Shown: positions 51,726 through 62,055 of the stretch, in pieces
Layout of the letters: the number at the start of each line of letters is the position of its first letter
Numbering within the stretch: position 1 is the stretch's first letter
DNA from: Fistulifera solaris
Lineage: Eukaryota
Direction: 5' to 3'
NCBI GenBank assembly: GCA_030295235.1
Contig: AP026162.1
Span: 2,542,001 to 2,606,000 of the forward strand
DNA: 64,000 nt
Program-made: the position numbers and the translations under genes
The notes under the pieces: model-generated
Seen by the model: the letters and a program-made list of their open reading frames with translations, nothing else
Databases searched by the model: none
Told to the model about the DNA's origin: nothing

Positions 51726-52514
51726 TCACTCCGTATCCATGGCTTCTACGAGATTCATCGACCCCGCATGCTGTTCAACCGATTCCATTTGCGACCGCAA
51801 TTCCCGTACCAACTGTTTCCGCTGCGCCAATTGCTTTTCTAACATTTCAATGAGTGTTTCGTGTGCTTGATGTTCCCGAAATTTATTGCATTCTTGTAAC
51901 ATTAAAAAAATATTGTGCGATAACTCGTCGCGTGTTTTTCTGTACGAAAGGAAAGAAAGAAAGAAAGAAAGGTTTGAGCACCAATTAGAGAAAGAATCCA
52001 CTCGAAACTCAACAAACGTATCAGTACTCTGTACGTACTTGTTTTCCAGAGGCCGATGCACGAGATCGTGCGCTAGTTGCGCAAAGAGTTGCAAGACGGT
52101 GGCATTCAATCGCTTGACTTCCTCCCGGACCACGGTCGGATCTTCACACAAATCCAACGGTTGTACCAACCACGGATCTTCTACGACTTCTCCAAAGACG
52201 GCCACGACATTCTCATCGTCTTCTTGAGAGACGGTCCCACCCAAAATGGCGTTGGTGGTATCCGCCCCGAGTCGTTGTCGTTCGGCTTCCGCGCGGGCTT
52301 CGGCCAAGACGCGGGCGGCGCGTTCGGTACCGTTCTTTACAGCTTCTGTTGGAATCGGTGGTGGTTCCAGTTGATCTGCGAGAGGATAATAGAACGGAGG
52401 AGGAGGGAATTCACTGACCAAAAGGGTCGCTTCACCGGGGGCGTCCTCGTGGGGAAGATCATCGTCTTCATTCTTTACGGTCGTTCGTGACACTTCCGCA
52501 GCGGCCTCTGTCAT
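51726..52514 (-). CDS. MED7: Mediator subunit 7
   Basis: SEFPPPPFYY, VFGE, NKFREHQAHETLIEMLEKQ; 99-nt intron 51940-52038. Confidence 0.9.
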   Translation of the reverse strand: MTEAAAEVSRTTVKNEDDDLPHEDAPGEATLLVSEFPPPPFYYPLADQLEPPPIPTEAVKNGTERAARVLAEARAEAERQRLGADTTNAILGGTVSQEDDENVVAVFGEVVEDPWLVQPLDLCEDPTVVREEVKRLNATVLQLFAQLAHDLVHRPLENKYVQSTDTFVEFRVDSFSNWCSNLSFFLSFLSYRKTRDELSHNIFLMLQECNKFREHQAHETLIEMLEKQLAQRKQLVRELRSQMESVEQHAGSMNLVEAMDTE

Positions 52515-52823
52515 TCTTGTGATGATGATTATTACCAGTATGTAAATTGACTTGACTTTGAGTATAATTATTTATGATCTATTTTGCTGGGGATGCGAGC
52601 CGTGTGTCGGCATTATAGAGACGCACAATCGGCCGTCACGATGATGTTTTTGACATAGTCAAGAAGTTGCATGGTACGACGCGGACTTTGTACAGTAACG
52701 ACATTAGTAAACACTACCAGGTACTCCGTATTATTATTCGAAACCGGCAGCTTAATCATTAACAACAACAACATTATTATAATATGAAATCATCTTTCAG
52801 TAGTCTTTTTACTAGCAACAACA

Positions 52824-54277
52824 ATGATTTGTTCTGAAACGTCCTCGCTGTTAGGTTTGATTCATCCCTCAGAAATTAGGCTGCATAAAATAGCTGTAAC
52901 AGAGTGTGGCAACACGTTGCCGACTTACAGATTCTTGCGAGAGCCGTCAACGATCCACGAGCTCACGCAGTTTCAGAATGGCATTGTCGTCTATACTGAA
53001 AACAATACACTCACTCTGATCAACTTTCATAACGCATATCCAATGCGTTTATCTTGGCCGCAAGTCCAGTATACGAAGTACTTTTTCTTGAGCTTCCACT
53101 TCGACGAAGAAACAAGTATAAATTGCCTGATCTATGGTGACTCGACTCTTGAAATACTGCAAAGAGCGGCGTTCTTTGCAAAATTAAAAACTTTGAACAA
53201 ACTGACTGAAACAACAGTGAGATTTCATCGCGATTTGATCTTCGGTAAAAGCGATGAGGCGCAGCTGGGGGACTTGTTCGATGCAATGGCCACCCAGAAA
53301 TTCACCTTTTTCTGTCAGAACTAAACAATGTATTGTCTGCTGTGATGGCCACCAGACCTTATCCTCTCCAATTAAGCTTGCTCCTCTCCTCAATGGACTA
53401 TAATGCTTTCGTGGAACATCTTAAGACTCGTACAACGAGTTTCGGCTCTCTCTCCGTAAGATCTTTGCAAGACGAAAACTTTCTACGAGAGTTGTTTGGG
53501 CTCTTGCATTTATTTCAAGAGTTCCATACTGGCGTGTTACCTAATGATCTCTTGGTACAGCTGCTATCTGCACCTATGGAAGGCATAACTTGTGAGGTTA
53601 AAGGCGACGAAGCGGATGCCATTGACTTGACCTCAATAGACATTGTCTCCAGAGACATTGAGCTTGGGGCTCAATCCAAAGACGATTTATTTCCAAGTGG
53701 TTTTGTAGTCTCGTACTTTGATCGATTGGGTGAGTTAGGGCATTTAAATGCACTTGGGTTCAGGTTCCTTGACGCCACTTCCATGTCTACCGAGGTCGGA
53801 GGAGCCTTGTGTCGAGTCGTCGCCGCTTGTCCAAAGTTGGCGCAATTGGAGTTATCCTACAGATACACGTATCATGGTTTTATCGAAGACTTGTTTGCGG
53901 TCCTTGAAACTCATCCCGGTCTACGGACGCTTCGAATCGATGGGTATCTCAATTACCGGTACGGCGTTCGATTGTCGCCCTTGAAACGACTACTGCGGCG
54001 CAATCGGCAAATAGACGTTGTTAACATTCCCGATGGGATATTGCGTGCAAATCCCGAACTGAAAGAGATTTGCTCCACCAATCGCTTCTTTCGTGGATCA
54101 CAAAATGTTATTGGAAAATTGCCATCGAGCCGACTTGCACTTCTGGGTGCCGCAATGACTCACAATGGCCCAAGTGATCTTCAGCGCACCGGAATACTGT
54201 TGAATGATCATGTGGACTTGCTTCTCGAGATGCTACAAGACAAGATTGTTGACACGGATGTTACAGAACAACAATAA
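52824..54277 (+). CDS. Hypothetical protein with a degenerate LRR/RNI-like C-terminal half
   Basis: Two ORFs that join if one T is added to the T-run near 53307-53311; LxxLxL motifs (LAQLEL, LRTLRI). Confidence 0.6.
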
Positions 54278-54730
54278 CAAAGAAACAACGCAATACTTTC
54301 ATTTGGTAAGCCCACCAATGAAGAGACGTGATTAAACCATCGAATGACAAATTTTGCCTATTTTGGAACTTATACCTCCTTACATCATTCGCCGGCGAGG
54401 CGTTGCCTGTGCACAAAATCTTGCGAGCGCCCTGACAATCAATGAGGTTCGCCGTTACAGGAATATGAAGCCGATCGTTCGTATGGAGAACGGTACGCTT
54501 GCCCAGATTGGGCATCCTTCCACTTGGATGTGCGGTGTGGACTTCTTGATGATTGTGAAAGTGCAGTAGACGACGTCCCGTTGGACACTAACGAGTAGCA
54601 GTGAAATATCCTAAGAGGGATGATTCTTTTTAGCAAATCAAACATTCTTATCTATTGAATAGCTCTGACTAAAACCATCTTTGATTCTCTCCTTCCATTG
54701 CGCATTTTTTCGACACCACAGCCTCTTTTG

Positions 54731-55105
54731 TTACGACCGACAGCAAGCGTAACAATTGGTGCAAAGAAAACAGTAACTACCTTTGCCGGGGTCGGCGGTA
54801 GTGGGGCAATCAGCCCCAGTAAACATTTCGTTGACCGATCTCGGATCCGGTGTATACCACAGACACAAGTCGCGACGGCAGGCCGTTGCACCGAAAAACA
54901 TGCGATTCATATTCGTAGTGGCGGCCGTATTCCATCCGCCCAAATCCTGATTAAAAGCCGTCGCACCTTCACACATGGATTCCATGGTAAGGACTCATTC
55001 CGTATCTACTCCGAAAAATCCTCGTTGAATTCCGTGTTTCCAAGGAACAAGCCGCTAAAGTCATTGACTTTGGAGACGTCCCAGTATCCAGTTTTGACGC
55101 ACTAG
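54731..55105 (-). pseudogene. Decayed tandem DUF285 paralog
   Basis: YWDVSKVNDFSGLF..NTEFNEDFSE* then a frameshift, then FNQDLGGWNT...CPTTADPG..YCF, collinear with the neighbouring gene. Confidence 0.75.
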
Positions 55106-55165
55106 ATCGTTCGTTCATCGCGTTGCGTTACGATTGCGCTTGTTGTGCGACACAGCAACAGATGA

Positions 55166-55663
55166 TCAATTTTCGCAGTTGAAACAGTAATTGGCTACGC
55201 CGGGGTCATTTTTGTTGGGGCAATTCGTACCAACAAACATATCGTCGACATTCCTGAGTTGCTGATACCACGGACACAAGTCTTGATTGAAAGCTGAAGC
55301 ACCATAAAACATGCGATTCATGTTTGACGTGATTTCGGTATTCCATCCACTAATGTCTTGATTAAAGGCGGTGGCGCCTTCAAACATTGAGGCCATAGTA
55401 TAAACAAACTCGGTATTCCATCCCGAAATATCTTCGTTGAACTGCGTGTTGTCCTTAAATAGCTCACTAAAGTCATCAACTTTGGCCACGTCCCAATTGC
55501 TCGGCGGCACTCCCGATTTTGACGCGGTCCAAGCCGCTACGGCTGCCTGGAGTTCCGCTTTGTCTTCAAAGCTTCTTCTTGGGACAGTCGAACGGCAGCG
55601 GTCATGGCAACAGAAGAGCTGGCCTTGTCGTGCAAAGACCGCAAAGGGATTGTAGGCTTCCAT
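55166..55663 (-). CDS. Short DUF285/BspA-like repeat protein
   Basis: WDVAKVDDFSELF, FNEDISGWNT, FNQDISGWNT, FNQDLCPW and a Cys cap; true start uncertain. Confidence 0.85.
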   Translation of the reverse strand: MEAYNPFAVFARQGQLFCCHDRCRSTVPRRSFEDKAELQAAVAAWTASKSGVPPSNWDVAKVDDFSELFKDNTQFNEDISGWNTEFVYTMASMFEGATAFNQDISGWNTEITSNMNRMFYGASAFNQDLCPWYQQLRNVDDMFVGTNCPNKNDPGVANYCFNCEN

Positions 55664-56280
55664 GACGACGCGAGACTGTTGGTGCGAGTGGAAAAAAATA
55701 TAAAAGTGGAGGTCAAAAATGGCGTAACATCGAACATGAAAATTTTGACTAGAAATGACTCGTTCCCTCTACACATCACAAGATACTTAGCGCCAGATTG
55801 ACAGAAAATGCCAATGACTGGCGTCATTCGTAAACAATGTCTTTTGTCTTACAGAAAAGTGTCAAGTTCAGATTGTTCCTTCGTATCTTCAGCTACACTG
55901 TTTGCTATAGACAGTTGTCCTCGGTCATTGATAGGTCATCCAAATGACAAATGACGATGTCGCACCGTCCTTGTTGTCGGCGTACGGCGTAAGGCTTACT
56001 GCGCTCGCATCGCGCAAAAACATCTCAGAAAAAGAAAAACCATCCGATGCGACAACCCGGAGACGACGTTAAAACTCTGCCTCGCCGTAGGCTCCACGTT
56101 GAAACTTGTACTGAGAGGCAGAATTTTAACGTCCTTCCCCATGATCGCGATGACAACCAAGAAATCTTAATTTCCATGGTATCCTTCATTCATTGAATCT
56201 CTTGCTAACAAAAACTATTGCCGGTTCTGCTCTCCTTTATCCATTCCTGTGGCTTAAATAGTTTCAATTTGTCCATCCGA

Positions 56281-56790
56281 ATGACGTTCCAACGCTCCTA
56301 TTTCTCCCTCCTTCTTTTCTTTCTTCTTCTCGTTCCGACGATCGAAGCCACTTACACACTCGGCATTCGCGATTCCATCATGATTGCACACAGTTTTCAC
56401 CATCATCCAGCCTTTGGACCCGCCGGTGGATTGCATGGTGCCACGTATACGTGCGACGTCGAGTTTCATTGTGCACAATTACAGCCCGTCGTGAATTGGG
56501 TGTTGGACATTGGACAAGCTTCCACTCTGTTGAAACGCGTCTTAAACAAATACAATTATCAAAATCTCGATACATTGTTTCCATCAACGACATTGACGAC
56601 GACCGAATTTATGTGTCGACAAATTCATGCCGATTTGTGTCGCCTTTTACAGGAGGAACAGCTTCCATTTCAGGGAGAATTGACCGTGAAATTGTGGGAA
56701 TCGCATCACGCGTGGGCGAGTTACCGTGGAGCTGTGCAAGAAGATCAACATAATAACCAAGAGGAGAAGGAGAATAGTACACGCGAATGA
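56281..56790 (+). CDS. 6-pyruvoyl-tetrahydropterin synthase/QueD-like T-fold enzyme with an N-terminal signal peptide
   Basis: IRDSIMIAHSF...FGPAGGLHGATY, YNYQNLD, TTTEFM, LWESHHAWASY; hydrophobic leader YFSLLLFFLLLVPTIEA. Confidence 0.85.
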   Translation: MTFQRSYFSLLLFFLLLVPTIEATYTLGIRDSIMIAHSFHHHPAFGPAGGLHGATYTCDVEFHCAQLQPVVNWVLDIGQASTLLKRVLNKYNYQNLDTLFPSTTLTTTEFMCRQIHADLCRLLQEEQLPFQGELTVKLWESHHAWASYRGAVQEDQHNNQEEKENSTRE

Positions 56791-56867
56791 ACTATAACTT
56801 TTTAAATAGAAATACATGATTTACGAACGCTTCATGAATTCGCTCGTTATTCAACTTTGCAATACTA

Positions 56868-58171
56868 CTACTCGATACTCCAATCCCGACTCCGTCGTTG
56901 TTGTTTCGATTTGGGCAATTTCACGTGCAATTGTAAATCCACTACGGTACATTGAAACAACTTTTGGAGTTCTTTCGTCGCACGCAGACGAATGTGTTCC
57001 AACGTCCGTCCTTGATGGCCCCGGACAATATCCCGATGACTCGCCGTCATGACGATAATGTCTTGCCAAATTTGAATGCGGCGTGGGACTCCTGTTTTCA
57101 AGTCCGTATCGATGTGCCAAAAACGATTCTTTTGTCGCAATTGATACGGCAATTCTTGATGCAAGGCTCTGTACAATTGTTCTCGCACAATTTCGGCCAC
57201 GCGTTCTTCGGGTGACAAATTCGTTAATTCGTACGGGTCCAATTCCCACTCGTCACAGTTGGTCGCTTCCTCCAACAAAAATTGCAACAAATCCTGCATT
57301 CCGGGATCTTTGTCCCGGGCCAGTGCGGAAACATAGAAAAACATGGGCATTTGGGGCAAAATGATAGTGTCGAGTTGTTGCGGTGTTCGGGTGGACAATG
57401 ACGACGACGATAAAATGGATTCCAGTGATGGTCGAGAGTCACTTCTACCTTCTTCTTCTTCCTGTTGTTGCTCGAGATGATGATAGCAAATGCATTCTTC
57501 CGCCAAGGCACCAATTTCCATGGCCACGTCGAGCAATTTGACTTTCGGATAGACTAAATCGACTTTATTGAGTACGACGGCGAATTTCGGTTTCAACACG
57601 GTAGTTGCAGTAGTAGTGGACGGCTCATCGTCGTTGTCGTCGTTTTTCGAGTATACCTTCCAAACGTCCTTCGGTTTGTAAGGCTTGTAACATGAGCCGC
57701 ACGAGGGATTCTTGCACGTCCGTCGTCAATCGTCGGGCCGCATCGACTACGAGCAAGGTAAAATCCACTTGACTCACGTGTGCCGTGCTACTCATGAGAT
57801 CCCGATCGACGGCATCGTCGTGTCGCAAAAAATCCCGGTGTATCGACAAACAACAGTTGGGTATTTTGCAAAGTGCGTGCCCCCAACACGGTTTGGACGG
57901 TCGTATGACGTTTCGGGGACACGGCCGATATTCGGCTGGCCGTCAAAACATTCAAGATTTGACTTTTTCCGGCATTCGGTAATCCGACAATGGCAATGTC
58001 GAGTCGTCGTCTCTTTGGGGAAGGGTCGCTCGTCGCGAAAGGTCGACAAATAACACATTGTGATCGTCGTGTTCTCGTGCGTGTGCGGACGATCCACCGA
58101 GGCAAAGTACGCGTTACATTCATTTCTTTCTCCGTCGTTAAGTGATAGTGATGATTACCTATCGTGCGCAC
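56868..58171 (-). CDS. era: Era-like GTPase (organellar ribosome assembly)
   Basis: IVGLPNAGKS, AVSPKRHTT, DTPG, NKVD, EIVREQLYRALHQELPY, KH domain; frameshifts near 57830 and 57620. Confidence 0.9.
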
Positions 58172-58447
58172 ATTCCATTCACATTCTTGTTGTTTTGGAA
58201 CAAAAGAGAGTGCTTATTTTTGCGGTGGAGAGAAAAATAAAAAAAGCGCGTGGAGAAAGTTCTAAGGAGCAGACGGACAGACGACACTTTATCACTCATC
58301 TGAATCCCTAACCTTATAAATTTCTACCAGCATACAGTACAATATCAAAGTTCAACAAGAGCGACGGAATATCCAGTTAAAAAGACATCAGACATTCCAA
58401 GGTCGTGATTTAAATGGGATGAAAAGAACAAAAGAAATAGTACACTC

Positions 58448-58983
58448 ATGTATGGAATCATGTTTGCCGGTGCTGCGTCGTTCAATCAAGACATTGGGGA
58501 TTGGGATACGGGAAAAGTCACGGAATTGTTGCGCATGTTTCAGGGAGCGCATGTGTTTGATCAAGAGATTGGACAATGGAATACGGGGGCCGTCACCCGC
58601 ATGATCGGAATGTTTGATAACGCCCGATCGTTCAATCAAAACATCGGTGCGTGGAATACAGCCCGCGTGACCGAAATGACGGTCATGTTCCTGGCGGCCC
58701 ATTCTTTCAACCAAGACTTGAGTCAATGGGACACCGCCCGCGTCACGAGCATGGCGTTGATGTTTGAAGATGCGCGTGGGTCTTTCATCAAGACATTAGC
58801 GCTTGGGATACACCGAAAATTACATCATTTTCGTTCATGTTCACCAATGCGCAAGCCTTCAATCAAGACTTGTGTGCCTGGAAGGATGTGGTGGCACCCA
58901 AAACGGATATGTTTGCGGGGACGAAATGTCCTTTTCCGAGCACTCCGACACCCGACGAGTTTTGTGTTTCGTGTTCTGACTAG
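58448..58983 (+). pseudogene. 5'-truncated DUF285/BspA-like repeat gene
   Basis: Repeats FNQDIGDWDTGKVT, FDQEIGQWNT, FNQNIGAWNT, FNQDLSQWDT; C-terminal cap TPTPDEFCVSC in another frame; no signal peptide upstream. Confidence 0.75.
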
Positions 58984-59105
58984 TCATTGTATATGGCGCA
59001 ATAACCTTTTCATACATTCGGTTCTATACGACATATTTTACGGTTAGTTCAAACGTCGTTGTGTTGAGTGGCGCAGATGCTGATGGTGTAGCAATGCCAT
59101 GTCCT

Positions 59106-59928
59106 TTATAAATCCAAATCACCATCGGGATCTTCATCTTCTTCATCCGAATAATAGACATTGGGACGTTCTGGATCATTCTCTTGTAAATAAATACGGG
59201 GCTGTTTATCGTCGTTTTCAAATTGCAGTTGCACTTTGTTCCCTCGTGGTTGTGTAGGTGGAGCTTCTGGCGTATCGTCCTCTTTCTCTGACACGACTTC
59301 CAACTGCAATTCGTCTCCTCGTGGCACAACACTGTAAGGTATTGTTTGACGCAACACATTGGACGATTCGCGAATTCCTTTTCTTAGAAAGACAGCCGGT
59401 TGGTGTTGTGTCATGACAACACCCCACGCGGCATCTTCCATTCTGCGATGTTGGGCCGCCGTCAACATTCCAGAAGCAGCCACCGCTAAAGTACCCGGCC
59501 AGTGTTGCAACAACTGCCACGTCGTGTGAAAACCGTGTAGTAGTAGTAAAGGTTGCAACGACTCGATGAACAGCCACTTTGACGCATGTTGTTGTTGAAA
59601 ATACTGCAGACAAAGTGATAGAATCGTGCAATGGCAAATCACAAGAAGACGAAGTGATTTCCCATTGAAAGGGATCTCGACCCAATCGTATGACGTGTAC
59701 GGATGGCGGCAGTCCCACAGAACGACCGGTCGTTGACCAATACGTGATTTGTGTCGACGGCAGCAACTGTTGTATCATGTACTGAAACCACACTGACGGA
59801 GCGGAAGCTTGCCACTGCAATTCGTCTTGACGCTTTCCTTCGTGTTGCAACAACAATAGGCGTTTCGTTGACGAGGACACCGCCAAACGCTGTAAAATGT
59901 GCGCGAAACTTTCGTTTTCATTCTTCAT
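59106..59928 (-). CDS. Possible Elongator subunit Elp5-like protein
   Basis: C-terminal YYSDEEDEDPDGDLDL resembles the Elp5 acidic tail; RLGRDPFQW and FIESLQPLLLLHG resemble a degenerate RecA fold; frameshift near 59620. Confidence 0.45.
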
Positions 59929-60186
59929 ATTATGTTGTATGATAGTAGAAATATAAAATGATTATAGGATGACGAGAGGAAGAGTTTTGGTTGGAAACTC
60001 CAAAGATGTAATGTCATCGCAAATCGTCGCGGTGCGCGTTTTTGTTTTTTATTGCGGCGTTTTCGCATTTTTTCCGTTGCCGCACGGAGGACAGACGCAT
60101 TTATCAGGTTCATTCACGAATTTGACTGACGCCGCCGTGTGTGTGTGTGTGTCAACCTGGCTCCAACGGGCGATGCCAGACCAGAG

Positions 60187-60486
60187 ATATCAACCCTCAC
60201 GGGGACGTCTGCAATCTGCCGTGCGTCTGCGTCAGTCAGTCCGCCACACACGACGAAGAACCGCCCATTGTATTACGTCACACATCATTCGTCGCAAAAC
60301 GAAAAGGTATGCACCAGAGATTAACAAAACGAGAGACACCACATTCCAACAGCGCATTTCCATTTACGAGCAGGTAATCAAAAAGTTAACAAGTGTTTTG
60401 AAGTATGATGTATGAAAATGAGGCGCAATCGACAGATAACAACAATTTACGAGGAGGCAAACGGCGACGAACACCCATTCCGGCTC
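60187..60486 (+). repeat. 300-bp direct repeat, copy 1
   Basis: Identical by eye to 61756-62055. Confidence 0.95.
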
Positions 60487-60769
60487 TCATTCTCACCCCC
60501 TCATCGTTCAACTGGAAATTTCATTCTAGCCTCGGGATCGGGTTTTCGTTGGTCTGTTGTTCACCCGGCCTATCTAACTTTGTGGCCGTCCAAATTCGAG
60601 AAGCGGGACTGATTTTGAGCACTTCATAACGTAGAATGAATTGTTACACGCGTCAAGAAGATCTGAATGAATCACGTACATATATACTTTATAGTGGACA
60701 GTAACACGTTTTTCCCTCCGTCCTTTTCACCTCCGTCCGCGCACCCCAATGTATCATCACCATTGACGA

Positions 60770-61313
60770 CACTAACAACGTTCCAAAACACACCGAGCCA
60801 TTGAAAATTGTACAGACGATCCTTCAAGACATGTTGCTTCATAAGTGCGACAAAGATAATGCCACTGCCGCGGAGCATTTGATAGATGCTGACATCCAGG
60901 TATCGCAATCCCATCATACAGAGTGCCGTGGCCCCTAAATCGAAGATGGCCGGAATAATGAGAAAGAAATACATCCAGACGGGGACCGCCTGTGTCTCGG
61001 GTGCTTCCAGAGTCGGCAATGGCTTCAAAAGACGATCCTTCTCGGTCGGAACCGCACCACCATTCGGCGGAGCGCTCGACGCAAAGACATAGCCCGGAAA
61101 CGGAATCTTCCAATACATGACGATCGCGTGCATAAACAAACCCGCAATCATCCCAATGAACATTCCCAGTGTCTGAAATAAAGGTTTTTCGAACTTTTCG
61201 TAATCTCCGTCCATACCGATGGCGTGTTGTTCCATCATCGTTTTGCTGCAAATCGAGCACGCCGTTCCGGACACAATCGCCAGCAAAAGATGATGGTTTC
61301 CGTGAGACTGCAC
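60770..61313 (-). pseudogene. Truncated SLC35F6-like nucleotide-sugar/DMT transporter
   Basis: FEKPLFQTLGMFIGM, IPAIFDLGATALCMMGL, SIYQMLRGSGIIF; homology ends abruptly after about half the TM segments. Confidence 0.75.
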
Positions 61314-61755
61314 GATTTGTGCGCCGTCGAGTCGCCGCCGCCTGTCATATTAGACAATAAGGTACTGCAGTATTCTTTCTTGCTTATAATGAATGATAAT
61401 ACACTTTATAGTAATGCTCAAGCGATCGTTTTTGTAATTGCGAAGATTCTGTCAAACGGCGGCGGATTTCAACGGGGGTGCAACATCGTTTATCGTAGCG
61501 GTACCTAGGCTAGGATTGCCTCGAACAAAACACGAAGCTTCACCCCAAAAAACGCATTCAGGTACATTGGAACTAAATTATTGATAGTTGTTCTGATAAA
61601 CCCTGACTAGAATAGTCATTTCGGCGTGCCAGTTCATTCCTGGAGTGCAAATGACATTGACGACAAAGTGAGCTTCTCGTGAATCATCTGAAACGACAAA
61701 TCAATATCCACTCACCCTGGCAGTGACAGTCACCGCCCTGGCAGTGGCCAGCTCT

Positions 61756-62055
61756 ATATCAACCCTCACGGGGACGTCTGCAATCTGCCGTGCGTCTGCG
61801 TCAGTCAGTCCGCCACACACGACGAAGAACCGCCCATTGTATTACGTCACACATCATTCGTCGCAAAACGAAAAGGTATGCACCAGAGATTAACAAAACG
61901 AGAGACACCACATTCCAACAGCGCATTTCCATTTACGAGCAGGTAATCAAAAAGTTAACAAGTGTTTTGAAGTATGATGTATGAAAATGAGGCGCAATCG
62001 ACAGATAACAACAATTTACGAGGAGGCAAACGGCGACGAACACCCATTCCGGCTC
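61756..62055 (+). repeat. 300-bp direct repeat, copy 2 (sigma-factor promoter plus first 27 codons)
   Basis: Identical by eye to 60187-60486. Confidence 0.95.
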
